A stretch of 64,000 nucleotides of DNA from Hydrolagus affinis (GCA_012026655.1 JAAILG010000826.1:1-64000); one strand, 5' to 3'. Counted from the first letter of the stretch, positions 1-12,075 are shown. Notes: generated by a model from the letters alone, not told the origin. Numbers and translations: made by a program.

Positions 1-256
1 CCCCCCCCACCCCTTGCATACCTGTATATTGTATTCGAGGACTATGAATACAATATGGCGGCTTTGCACCTCGGTCTGTGCATTGTGTATAGAGATGAGC
101 ATTCTGGGTCTTGTAGTTCAGTGTGCGCGCATTCCGATTTTTACCTTGATATATCGAGTTTTCGATATATCGATATTTTCGAAATGCCTATATCGGCGTA
201 TTGATATGAAAATTATATCGGGTTTTAACGATATATCGATATATCGCCGGACTCTA
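1..256. mobile_element. Right part of a hAT-type MITE (CGATATATCG-rich), same family as 27020-27364
   Basis: Ends in ATATCGCCGGACTCTA (241-256), matching the right TIR ATATCGCCGGACCCTA of the 27020 element. 121-256 resembles 27165-27364. No left TIR is seen, so it probably lies outside the window. Confidence 0.7.
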
Positions 257-1886
257 ATATACAGTATATATTTTGTGATCCTAACCTTAGTTTATGAATC
301 ATGGTAGAGCCCACTGTAGACCATAGAAAATCATGACTTCCTGTGGTGAAAATTGTGATTTCTTAACAAATTTGAGACTTGAAATTCTACCTAGATCACA
401 TTTGATTGTAAAATTTAAACTCACACAAAATTGTGGATTTTAAAAAGAAATTATTGTTAATTTGGTTGACAGCCTCTTGTATAGAATTCTTCCAAATCAA
501 AACTGAATTCAAGGATTTTCCACACTTCTGCACAAGGACAAATTTAAAAATAAGATTTAAATACAAAACAACACAAAATTGTAAGATTTAAAACTAAGCA
601 GAATGTTGGGCCTTTAATGTGCTGTTGAATCTGTTGACAATAATTGCCTTTTTTTTTACCACCATGCCATGTAATATATGAGAAGCTTGTTTGGTGCTCT
701 TTATGTACCCAATGAAAGTTCCATAAACATTAAAGAGAAATAATAGTGTGCTCCTTTGTTCCAGCCTGTTTTCCAATTATGCCAGAAGCTTTGGAAATAG
801 TTAGACTTATTCAGAAGATTTATGACTCTACGGTGCATTTGTGACTTACAATATTGTTGTCAGTGTCTCTTGTACAGTTTTTGGGACTGTGACTTATTTT
901 CAGATGAAGACTTGTGGAAATTTCATGGTTTGGAGAAAAACTAATTTGCAGTTATTTTGCTGCAAATCTAGATGTATTTCATTGCAAAACAGATGCACCT
1001 TCCCTTCTGTGTACTGTTTCTGGAGTATGTCTTTTTTCTCCTTAGATCCTAGATTTATGTGAAAATGACTTATCACCGCTTCATCCTGTGTTTGAAAGGT
1101 AAAGAGCTTATATGAGCTGGCAATTGATAGATCCGTGTGTGGACCCATTAGTTGTGTTTACCAACCATAGTTTGCAGACATCAAATACTGGAGATATGCA
1201 TACAATATTCAATGTAATCCATGTGTAAAGATATCACACAGTCAGCTTTACTTATTTTTAAAATAATTCAAATGGAAGCAGTTGGCTGCTTTTATCAATT
1301 CAACATCATATTAAGGAATTTATTTCTCAATGCCTATTAAAAGGGGCAGAGGACAAATAATGCGTATCCTAATTTATTTATCGGCTAACACTGTCTGAGG
1401 CTTTGTTGCACAGCACAATATGTTAACTGCAGAGAAGATGTTTTTTCTGTTTATACTTAATCATGCTGAAGCAGTACAGTTATTTGGTTAGGCTACATCT
1501 GAGGTGCTGAGTACTCTTCTGGATACCATGGTATAAGGCCAAGTGCTCCATACTTTTGGTTGCTGAGTGCCAGATGCTCTATATCAGAAATGTAAACAAT
1601 ATTTTTTGTTTCCCTTCCAGAAACATAACCCATAAGAATCATATAGAATTCTTATGTTTTTTTTAATTGTGTACCTGTAATACTTAATTTTAGTATATTT
1701 TAGAACAAATTTAGGTACAATCTTTAAATAGGTAATATAAAAATCCATACATATTTTAAAACAACAATAAACAAACCTTGTAGAGTTTAGATTCAATTTA
1801 ATGTAAAGAACATCATTGCAAAAGAATAAAATTTGGCCTCAAGCAATGCTGTACAAAGACAACATGAATTTAAGTTATATGGGATG

Positions 1887-1935
1887 TAATAATAATAATC
1901 CTTGCATTTGATATAGCGCTTGTCATGTTTTCTAG
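1887..1935 (-). mobile_element. 3' tail of tRNA-Ala SINE, interrupted by an L2
   Basis: (TAA)n-TCCTTGCATTTGATATAGCGCT is the reverse complement of the SINE tail seen in full copies. Confidence 0.8.
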
Positions 1936-2510
1936 ACAACAACAACAACAACAATCTAAACTTATAAAGCGCCTTTCACGTCGGGAGGACGTCCCAAGGC
2001 GCTGCACAAGAGGCATGTGACCCGAGCTGGGGGAGGCATGTGACCCGAGCTGGGGGGAGTGTTCGGGAAGGGGTGAAACACGTAGGGGAGGTTGAAAAGT
2101 TCGGTGGGGAACAAAAGGCACGGTCGAAGATGAAAGTCTTCAAACCCGCCTTCAAAGAGAAAAGGGAGGAAACAAGGCAGAGGGATTGGGGGATGGAATT
2201 CCATAGGGTGGGAGCAGAGAAACTGAAGGCCTGGCCTCCGATGGTGGGATGGTTCGGGCGGGGGGCTTGGAGCAGGCCAAGTCCTGCAGAACGGAGGGTC
2301 TGGATGGGCTTATAGGGGGAGAGTAAATCGGTTAAATAGGGCGGGGCAAGGCCGTGTAATGCCTTGAAGGTGAGGACGAGGATCTTGAACTCGATCCTCT
2401 GGAGGATGGGGAGCCAGTGGAGACGGGCGAGGGTGGGGGTTATGTGGTCGCAGAGGCGGGTGCGGGATAGTACACCGTCTGCAGAGTTTTGGATGACCTG
2501 CAGCCTGTGA
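1936..2510 (-). mobile_element. 5'-truncated L2 LINE (RT C-terminus + 3' UTR)
   Basis: ORF 1976-2539 reads LQVIQNSA..HITPTLARLHWLPILQRIEFKILVLTFKALHGLAPPYL..AFSFSAPTLWNSIP, typical of the L2 ORF2 end. (CAA)n tail; 23-bp tandem duplication in the UTR at 2011-2057. Confidence 0.95.
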
Positions 2511-4336
2511 ATGTGATCCACTGATAAAGCCATTAGCACTGTTGTTACAGAGCAACAGAGATTTCAATTGAACATGACATATGGACCCTCCCTTTCTCAA
2601 GCATCCAGTATGTTCTCCCATTTATCACTGACCTGCACCTTGCATTTGCCAGTTATCTCTTTCCCGATCTGTGATTATTTTCTGCCTTTTCTGACCTAAT
2701 CTCAAGCAAAGTTTTGCTTCCACTTTTAGATATCTAAATTGGCTGAAATTTATCAGTCAAGTTGCTAAATGAAGCCGTGATATACTGATAGTAGTTGTGG
2801 TGGGGGCAGGTTTGGAAAATGTCATGATCTTGTCTTGCCTATCTGATACATCTCAGCTTGAATTTTATAGTTGACAGTAGACAAGCATTGTTAATGGGCA
2901 TGGAGGGTTTGTGGTCTAACCTATCTGGAGGAGGATGCATATTAGCAAGCAAAGAGCAAAAATATATAAATGATTTGTGGTGTCACATTTTTATTTTCAG
3001 TTCACTTCAGTTGAATACTGTTGTCTAGAAGGAAATCAGTGCAGAGATCCCCAAGAATTTTGTGCTGCAGGTAGGACAGGGATAGGGAAATGAATTTAAA
3101 CAATATCTACATTTGTTCTTGAAATAAAATACTGCTATCTACAGAAAATTACCCTGGCACCGTAAATTGAAAGACTGAGGCAAGAATTGTCCAAGCCTTC
3201 TTATTCATGAAACTGAGCTATTCATAGAAGATGTACAGGATGTCATTGCCAAATTCTGTGTCTCTTGGCATACTGAGTGCACCTAATGTTTGTCAATGGA
3301 AGCAGCTGCTTCCAAAATTGGATACTGACTTTGAGTACTGTGATAAAGTAAAGACAGTCATTAAATCAATGCAGTGGTGGATCTCTGAGAGCTGGGAGGA
3401 GTGATAGTTGAAGGGCTGGGCCTCATATCCTTTGACTCTAGGCCACTGGAGTATATTTCAAACAATCAGTTATAGGATTTCATTGTCTGTTGCTATTTCT
3501 TGCCAGAAAATCACTTCCTTAAAGGAAAACTCCAGGCACCAAATGGCATACTTAACACAAAGCACTTGTTCAATAGTGAAGTCTCACTTGTATTGTTTTA
3601 TTCGCACACTAAATATAAACTTGAAAGTGCTAGCTTTCCACTTTCATGATAGTAGCCATTAAGAGCTCTGGGGAGATCATTATGTTTTTTGTCATCAGAT
3701 GATCGTCTGGATGCTAATCCACTGCTGAGTCAGATAAGTATGAGTACAGTGAACTACAAATAAACCTAAGCACAGTTTAATGACAATCAAAAGAGCTTCC
3801 AGGATATCGGAGCATTTCTTCTCCATTCTAATACAGTAGTAGAATTATTGACCTAAATAGAATAAAACATGCACAATATCTTTGTGTCCAAAACATGTAT
3901 GTCCACAGACAGACCCTGTGCAAAGCAACATGGATTTATAGTGGAGCTATTGCTAACTAGCATAATGATACACCCAAATTTCAGTACACTGACTTCTTAG
4001 ATTGTGGTTGATATGACTTCCTGTCATTTGTATGTGAACTATGCACAGGAAACAACAACAAATGAATCGACACTGATGTCACCCTGCGAGTTTGCAAGTA
4101 TGGCCTGCACAGAAGTTGTTGGTGGCATCATTTTATTGCAAGACATGATACCAGCGGTACTTGCATGTGCACAAAACAGTGGAAGTGACATCGGATGACC
4201 TGATGTCCCAGAGTTCAGTCAATTTTCCATGCTTCTCTTATAGCTTAACTTCTGAACTGTTAGACCCAGAGGATTGTGTTATAACTATATTCCCCTATAG
4301 TTTATTACCAATAACCTTTTATTTCACTTTGTCAAA

Positions 4337-4391
4337 ACTAAGTTGCTCTAACCTTGAGTAGAGCAACTACTCAAGGTTAGAGCAACTTAGT
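4337..4391. repeat. Perfect inverted repeat, 25-bp arms, 5-nt spacer
   Basis: ACTAAGTTGCTCTAACCTTGAGTAG-AGCAA-CTACTCAAGGTTAGAGCAACTTAGT. Confidence 0.95.
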
Positions 4392-4634
4392 ACAAGTAAA
4401 GCTACATTGGAAATACATTTATGATTTGTTAATGAATACAATGGAGTGTAAATGGCAGGCACTTCATAATATGCTAATTCATTATTGAGCATATATTGAG
4501 CATATAATGAAGTGCACAAATTTAGTTCCATTCCTTAACTATTGATGATATGTATAACCTCTCCTTTCTTCCCAATGACACCTGCATATTGGATCAGCCT
4601 TCTTACATGACCTTGACACAATGGTTGCAATAAA

Positions 4635-5040
4635 ATACCAAATTACATTTGGATAATGTCTTTCATGTTGGGAGTGCATCCCAAGATACTGGGATTTTGA
4701 CCAAGCTGTGGGTTAAGATCGGGTTGGGGCTGGGGGTGGTGGACAGGGAGGGTGGCCAAAGAGAAAGGTTTTGAGATGCATCTTGAAGGAGGCAAGGTGG
4801 GAGTGAGGTGAAGCGAATGTGGGTTGGAGTTCTATAGATTGGGGGCAGAAAGGATGAAGGCCCATGTGCCGATGGTGGAGAGAGTCGGGTGGGGGACGTG
4901 GAATAGGCCAGAGACTGCTGAGCCAAGAAAGTGGACAGCTTGATATGGAGTCAACAGGTCGCAAAAATAGGGAGGGAAACCCTGTGTGGAAGAGGTCACG
5001 AGCTGCACAATTCTAGATGATCTGCAGTTTGTGGAGGGAA
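4635..5040 (-). mobile_element. Degenerate L2 3' fragment
   Basis: Translated remnants ASFKMHLKTFLFG; L2 tail motif AAATTACATTTG..TTTCATGTTGGGAG..CCCAAG. Confidence 0.85.
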
Positions 5041-5478
5041 TAATTGGTTCTCCAAAACCTTTGCCCTATTAATGTCAATGTCACAGAGGTGAAGTGTGGA
5101 AAGCATATTGTTTGTGTTCTCCATCCTAAATACCTTGAAGAATGAGTCATTTGATATAGTTATTTACTCCTACTCACTCTCCATTTCAATGACCTTTTAG
5201 TGACTCAGGTTTTAATCTCCTTCCTGACTACCATCTTGCTGCTATTATATTAGAATAACCACTTTTTGTGGTTATGTTTGCACACAGATGACACTTGGGT
5301 TTAATGATGGTATCAAGTTATTTTTTCCAGCTCTATTGTAATCTGGAATCAATAAATCCTCTCCAATAGCATCTCTGATGATATCACAAACCTCACCCAT
5401 TGAACAATAAAAATAAATCAAAAACTGGCAGAAATAAGATTCTAATTCTCTGCAGAAATTTGATTTTGAAAGGAGCCT

Positions 5479-5590
5479 AATAATAATAACCCTTGCATTT
5501 GATATAGTGGCTTTCAAGTCAGGAGGCCATCTAAAAGTGCTTCATAGGGTTTACTGTAAGCTCCTGGTGACTGTGTTTTGTAAGGGAACG
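5479..5590 (-). mobile_element. SINE 3' tail fragment
   Basis: TAATAATAACCCTTGCATTTGATATAG tail motif. Confidence 0.7.
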
Positions 5591-5724
5591 ATAGCGATAG
5601 TAACATATATATTTTAAAATCATCTTTCCTTTGGCAGCCTTCCAAATCTCAATTATTTACCAAGCCTCCGTCCTGCATTGTTTTTTCCCTTAATTCTGCC
5701 CAGTTTCTGTATGACTCCCAAATT

Positions 5725-5780
5725 GGCCTGGATTTGAACTAGAGGTGAAAGTCCAGTGTGCTAACGCACTACAATGCACC
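5725..5780 (-). mobile_element. Old tRNA-derived SINE head remnant (LF-SINE-like)
   Basis: Reverse strand reads TTAGCACACTGGACTTTCACCTCTAGTTCAAATCCAGGCC, with a B-box-like GTTCAAATCC and CTTTCACCTCTAG as recalled for LF-SINE-type heads. Confidence 0.4.
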
Positions 5781-6914
5781 ATCCATCATGTGGAATGTTT
5801 TACAATTCTCCCTTGAATTCTCCTCTATTTTTCCTTTCTTGGCTTGAAAATCTTTAACAGTGGCAGAATGGTTAGGATATTTCCATCCTCCACTTACTAT
5901 TGCTTTGTTTGAAGTGCCTTGGTTGACAAGTAGTACAGCCTGCTTCCTTAGTACTAAGTGAATTCAAATCATTTCTGGCCTTTGTTTGCTCATTTCACAG
6001 ATTCTGTATGTTTCCTGTTAATTCCATGATTTCCCTTTTCCCAGTGGAAATTTAGTAAATTAGGCTGTTTCAGCAAAATGCTTTGAACACTTCCCTTTCA
6101 GTCTCCTGAGTAACTAGTTTTTATTTCACAGTATTTTTATTCCTCTTTTATAGAGATCAGAAGTCAAAAATATGAAGTATTTATATAGCTCCTAATATGA
6201 AGTACCAAGGTGCATTTGGATACACGTTTTTTAAACTGCTCCATATGTATGCATGGCGTGGTAGCAAATCAACCATTTCACGTACGATAACAGAATTTGA
6301 TTCAACTTCCTGTTCCAAATTCCCAAAAAGATTTGTAAAATTGCTTCTTTGATCGAATACTATACCTCCAGTTTTGGCCTTCATTTCTTTTCTAGTCAAT
6401 GTTGGTGAGCTGGCACAAATTATTCACTCTTATGTTTCAAGCAAGTTAGATCTTAGATATTGTCAATATTTATATCCAGTTTCAGTCTTGCCTGTAGATT
6501 TCATGATTTATTTCTCAAACAGTCCAAATATTAACAAGAACTCAGCTGAATTCCTTCATCCCCTGCAAACAAACACTGAAATTTAATGCTTTTTCAAATA
6601 TTTGCTGGATTGCATACTGGTTTAACATGAAATATTGCATTATCAACAAAGCAATTGTGGAATGGAAATGTCTTCAGTTCACTATCAACTGCTTTGTAAT
6701 TGTGATTAATTTTCTCATCCTTGCCCATTCAATCATTTCCTATTTCAGATAAAGATGGTAGTTAGACAACTTCTCCAGTGGAAGACTTGAGAAAAAGTAG
6801 AATGCAACCTTAATATCAGAGTTCAAAATGAAAATGGTAAACATTTCTTTAGGGTTAGAAGAATCTGCATGGCTTCTGGGAATACATTGATGAAGAATTG
6901 CTCAACTTGTATAG

Positions 6915-7530
6915 ATAATAATAATCCTTGCGTTTGGTATAGCGGCTTGTCAAGTCGTTGAGGCATCTTGAAGACTGTATATTTTGTGGGGAATACCTGG
7001 CAGCCAATTAATAATAATAATCCTTGCATTTGATATGGCACTTTACATGTCCTCCCGATGTGAAAGGCGCTCTATAAATGTAATTTTGTTGTTATTGTTG
7101 TAGATGTCTCAAAGCACTCTCAGGAAAGCCTTTACTATAAATAACAACATCTACAAAATTACACTTGTATAGCGCCTTTCACGTCTATATTTTGGGGCGA
7201 AACATGGCAGCCAGTTGCAACTGCAGTGTCCATAACAGTAATGGATTGAAATAACCAATTTATTGTTGGTTTTTTTTGAAGGAGTATTATTAGTTATGTG
7301 GAGTAAGGAAACTTGCCCATGGTTTTGCCCTGCCTGGAATCGAACGCAGCTTGCAAGGCGAGTACTCTAACCACTGAGCTACAGGACTCTACGTGCACAG
7401 TGGTGCACAAGTGTCCGACAAACAGTTGTGGATTGAGTGACCAAATTATTATTGTTTTTAGTTTTTTGGGGGAGGTTTATTACCCCATAGAAAGTGATCC
7501 GTCAATCAATTGACTAGATACTTGGGAAGA
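6915..7530 (-). mobile_element. Nested cluster of SINE copies with two embedded L2 tails (7048-7101 +, 7143-7184 -)
   Basis: Two SINE tails (6915, 7008), a SINE head AACCACTGAGCTACAGGACTC at 7369-7389, and L2 tail motifs inside. Confidence 0.85.
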
Positions 7531-7535
7531 ACATG

Positions 7536-7647
7536 TATTAAGGGATTTGGAGAAAATTGGATTAAAAACGTAAAGGGTACAATGATCTAATAAAATGGTG
7601 GATTTTGGCAAACAAGGCAAATGGTCCACTCTATTTTTATGTTCCTA
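7536..7647 (+). mobile_element. Old CR1 3' end
   Basis: TATTAAGGGATTTGGAG..ATGATCTAATAAAATGGTGG..AAATGGTCCACTC..TTATGTTCCT resembles chondrichthyan CR1 3' UTRs. Confidence 0.5.
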
Positions 7648-8927
7648 ACTAATGGAGATAGTTAGAGGGAGGAATAATGACCAGGAATTATGGAGAACCA
7701 CCTTCTAGTAATTCATTAAATCCTTACCCTTTCACTCGATTATCCTTTTAAATTAGCTGCACATCAAATGAATTGAACATTTCATTGTTCTTAGTGCCCT
7801 TAAGATAGCATCCCTGCAGTAATCATGGTTTAAAAATGTAATATTCAATAAAAAGTATTATATCCCCTTTCTTGGATATCCTAACCCTTATCACTAAACA
7901 ATGGTGAACCACAACAATTTCAAACTATTTATGTTCTTCTATCACAGTGTTGCCTTGTTTTGGTTCAACTGAGGTGTTGTTTCCAGCATTGTAATATTTC
8001 CTTTAACTTTATCTTACTTAGTGTTAAAATGTAACAGCTGTAGCCCAGTTCATCTTCTTTCCTTCCAATTTCAAAATTCGAACTCCATCGATTCATCCAT
8101 CGTCAGAAGCAATTTCATTTTTGCCAGGTTTTCTTCTCTTAATCAGGAATGAAAATTATTTAATCAATTTTCCCATGCTTCAAGATCCTCCATTTTCATT
8201 GACCATAATAATCTCACTGTTTTAAAGGCCATTAATGCTATATTTAAATATCCCCAAATATATTCACTCACTGTACTAAAAATAGAGATTGCAGAAAATT
8301 TGGAATGGCTTGAAAGCCTGAAAAGAATTCTCTGGAAGTTAGAGGGGAGTGAAAGATGTTCAGTCCAAAACCTGTTGTTATGAATAGGGCATAAAATTAC
8401 CACATTTTCGGTCCTTCAAGTATTGTAAATGTGAATTGTCACTTATGATAATTAACAAATCACATACCATTTTTTTTATTCCATATGTTCATATTTTCAC
8501 CTTACAGTATAAGTGTTGTAAGTTAAGCCACCAAACGAAAAGACAAATAATGTAGATGTTAGAGGGCTCTCACAGCGAGGCACAGCACTCAGAATGATTG
8601 AGGCAGGGTGAGGGGTTTCTCGTTCTGTATTGTGCCCAAGGCAGTGTCATTTCCAGTGACACATCTGTTAAACCAAGGACAGAAACTTGTACATCTTCAT
8701 GTGAGATGGCACTAGTAGTAAGTCTCCCAGAGGCTAAAGCATCAGTCAGAGGCACTATGCCATCTGTCAGTCACTTAGGAAACGAATATATCTATTTGCT
8801 CCACTAGCTGTGCCATTACACAAAGGGCGCAACCAAAGGAGCAGCTTTTCAGAAGGAATAGACAAGCCTTTAAGTGTAGAAGCAATAAACACAACAAAGA
8901 AGCACCCATAAAGACATTACAAATAAA

Positions 8928-9327
8928 TGATATAGTGCTTTTCACGTTCCCCAGACTTCTCACAGTGCTTCACAGAATATATTATAAAGTGAATTGACTG
9001 TATGTTTTGTGGGCGAAACACGGCAGCCAATTCTGCACAGCAGTGTCACACAAACAACAGCCACAAAATTACATTTTTAGTATGCCTTTTATGTCAGGAG
9101 GACTTCCTAAGGCAATGAACAGTCGTGGATTGAAATTACCAATTTTTTGGGGGGATTATTGCAACAACAAAATTACATGTGTAAAGTGCCTTTCACGTTG
9201 GGAAGACGTCCTAAATTATCAGACATTTGGAGCAAAGAAATTTTCCCAAGGTTTCACACTGCTTGGAATAGAAACCAGGTTTCTTGCTTGCCAGGCAAGT
9301 ACTCCAACTACTGAGCTATCGGATTCC
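8928..9327 (-). mobile_element. tRNA-Ala SINE with two inserted L2 tails (~9052-9123, ~9162-9213)
   Basis: SINE body, head ACTGAGCTATCGGATTCC at the end, and two ACAAAATTACA..CCTTT..GGA(A/G)GAC motifs inside. Confidence 0.85.
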
Positions 9328-9559
9328 ACAATACAGTGTATACAGTGTATATGGGTTCCTTTATGAAAAATGTCATAACATTTGGATAAATTTTCTTGTT
9401 TGCTTCACTTTGATATGAATTGTATTTCTGTGAAGGTCATTGTGATATACTGGGCTCACAATCTTCCATCACTGAGTCTTTCCTTAGAGAGTTTCAACAG
9501 AACATTGAGCATTGGGGAGAGTACACAGAAAGAAATTTAATTTTCATCATGCCTTATTG

Positions 9560-10330
9560 CACGAAAACATCTCAAAATGCTTCACTGTAAACATTGTCAA
9601 GTGTGACTGTTTTTGTAGGCAAATGTGGCAGCCAGTATACGCATACACGAGGTGAAGGATCAGTATTTATGAAGGCTTTTTGACTGGCACACTAGGAGAA
9701 ATTCCCTTCTCTTCTGGAATAATGTCACATAACAGTTAGGGTTCAGCTGGCAGGCAGATGAGACATTGAGGTAACAACTCATCTCAAACACCAGTAATAC
9801 AGGCCATTCTCAGTATTGCACTGGAGTGTCAGTCCAGACCAGTGGTTCTCAACCTCGGGTCTCGACCCAAATGAGGGTCGTGGGGGTCCTCGGTAGGGTT
9901 GCGAAGGGTCGTCAGAATTATTTTTCCTTTTTTTAATGTTGAAAATGCAATTTTAACGCTTAAAAAAAAAGCTTTCAATGTTAAAAAAAAGCTTTTAATG
10001 TTAAAAAAAAAGCTTTCAACAGAAAAAAAAAGCTTTTAACATTAAAAAAAGCGACACTGCCGACCAATTTGTGTAAAGAGCATACTTACGAATTACGCTG
10101 AGTCCATAAAACAGCCAGAAATAACGTTTTGGCTGAGCTGATCTGCAGTTGGATATTGCCTTCTAGTGGTGGGAGGACCAGTTGAAGGTTAATTTGGGTC
10201 ACAACAAAAAAAGTTTGGGTCGCGAGGACCTGCTGGTGGTTAATTTGGGTCGCAGCAAAAAAAAAGGTTGGGAACCACTGGCCTAGATTGTACGGCCAGG
10301 TTCAAATTTAGGAATTGAACTCACAAGAGA
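9560..10330 (-). mobile_element. Old Deu-domain SINE (SacSINE1-like) split by a hAT MITE
   Basis: CAGTATTGCACTGGAGTGTCAG before the MITE, continuing GCCTAGATT..GAATTGAACTCACAA after it. This matches the reverse of the Deu-SINE motif AATCTAGGCTGACACTCCAGTGCAGTACTG. Confidence 0.65.
9840..10280. mobile_element. Charlie-type hAT MITE (441 bp)
   Basis: TIRs CAGTGGTTCTCAACCT / AGGTTGGGAACCACTG; degenerate 8-bp TSD GTCCAGAC / GCCTAGAT close to the Charlie target NTCTAGAN. Internal ~20-bp A-tract tandem repeat (9955-10052) and duplicated GGTTAATTTGGGTC. Confidence 0.9.
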
Positions 10331-10443
10331 AGGAACTAGAATTTATTTGAAAGTGTGTTTTATGTCTGCATTGGGTAAGTAATGGAAGTTATTAAAATGT
10401 TATCAATAATACTAGAAATGTAGTGAATCAATAATATGCAGAC

Positions 10444-10775
10444 GTGATAGTTAGAGAACTTGCCTTGTAAGCGAGAGGACCTGGGATCGATTCCCGGCAG
10501 AGCAAACATTGGGGAAGTTTCCTTACTCCACATGCCTCTGCTTACCTAGCAGTAAGTAGGATTCTGGTTGTTAGTCGATTGGTGGATCACTTTTCCGGGG
10601 ATAATAACAGCATTAAAAAAATCCATGATTGTTTGGGGGACATTGCTGTGCACAATAGGATACTGTTTTTTGTTCGCAAAGTACACAGTCAATTCACTTT
10701 ACAATATGTTCTGTGAAGTGCTTTGAGATGCTTCGAAGATGTGATGAAGCGCTATATCAAATGCAAGGATTATTC
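10444..10775 (+). mobile_element. tRNA-Ala SINE, long variant with CORE-like centre
   Basis: B-box GGGATCGATTCCC, GGGAAGTTTCCTTACTCCACATGCCTCTGCTTACCTAGCAGTAAGTAGG, tail GCGCTATATCAAATGCAAGGATTATT. Confidence 0.9.
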
Positions 10776-11278
10776 AAGGATTATAACCTTGAATCTTATT
10801 TTTAGATGTGGCTGAATATGATAGTTATGTGAAATTACTTTATCGGTGTGCTGGCATTTGGGTTGGGAGTTCATAGTGTGTAGACATTGCAGAGGATTTG
10901 AGGACGTTTGATCCCAGGTCCACAGTTTAACTTTCAGTTTTCCTAACCCTGATTAGGTGTTCTTTGATACACAATCTATAGCTTTGAGAAGTATGGGCAA
11001 TGTATTTTATGTAGTGTTTAAAAGAATTTTATTGTTTTTAATTGTTTCTGAGCGTCTTCATGTAGGGGAAAAATGCAAAATTTTCAGATTCAATTTCACG
11101 TTTACAAGCATTTAGTAGTGGATGTGGGGAGAGATTATTTCATTTCTGATGCTAGTGATTAGCTTCTGACCAAATTTTTGGTCATTGTGAAAAATATTAC
11201 TTGTGATAATATTGGATGCCATATTTCAGTTCCCATAATGTTCCTTTAATTTTAATTGTGAGATATTGGCTTTATCCA

Positions 11279-11387
11279 TTTCGCCCACAAATATACAGTC
11301 AATTCACTTTACAGTATATGCTGTGAAGTGCTTTGAGACATCTAGAAGACGTGATAAGGCGCTATATCAAATGCAAGGATTATTATG
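11279..11387 (+). mobile_element. SINE 3' half
   Basis: Near-consensus CAGTCAATTCACTTTACAG..AAGGCGCTATATCAAATGCAAGGATTATTAT. Confidence 0.9.
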
Positions 11388-11869
11388 ATGCTATTTTTAA
11401 CCAAAATGTAACTTTTGTGTAGAGAGCTAAAAGCTATTAATTAGTGCAAACGGTGAAATGCTAATTCCTTAAAAAATTCTACGACCACTCTTATCATCAA
11501 ACTGAGACCATTGCTATTGTAGAAATTACCTTTTCAGAAGGTATTTTGAATGGTTTGAACTGACCTGGTGTGAGCCCACCTGTGAATGCATTCACAGAAC
11601 CCATCTGTTTGCCTTTGCTTGTACACAATGAATTAAATTTATGCAGTGCAGGTTTAGCAGGGTGTCCAATGAAAGTTCAAACAAGTAATATTTTGACTCT
11701 GTGGGTATTCACAGTGATTGCAATGACTATGTGATAACATTGAAGCACTGTGCAGGGTTTTAAAATAGCAAAGGAATTGGTGATTTGGCCGAAGATACTG
11801 TTCATAGTGTAACTGCAGGGAGCATGGCTGGCACAAGCTGTTGATTACAAGAAGTCACTCATCAAAGTC

Positions 11870-12075
11870 AAAACCAAAATGGAACTGATCGACATAGAGG
11901 CAGATGAAGTGCTCAAGGCAATACACAGTGACAGTGATCCACCTCACTTCTGGGTGAAACTTGTTAGCGATGACATAGAGACCCCAGTCTTGAGAAGCTT
12001 GCCAAGCTTTCACTATCCACGTCTGGTTTGATATAACTCTGTGAATTAAACCTTTGAACATAGATGTCATTGGGA
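11870..12075 (+). pseudogene. Fossil hAT (Charlie/GTF2IRD2/EPM2AIP1-like) transposase C-terminal fragment
   Basis: Manual translation MELIDIEADEVLKAIHSDSDPPHFWVKLVSD, then a frameshift to PSLEKLAKLSLSTSGLI*LCE. This resembles the MELIEL..F(W/Y)..P.L...A...LS.FGSTYLCE dimerisation-domain pattern. Confidence 0.6.

Noticed and set aside
9955-10052. Regular ~20-bp repeats that could suggest a CRISPR array
   Set aside because: No unique spacers, eukaryotic context, and the repeats lie inside a hAT MITE.
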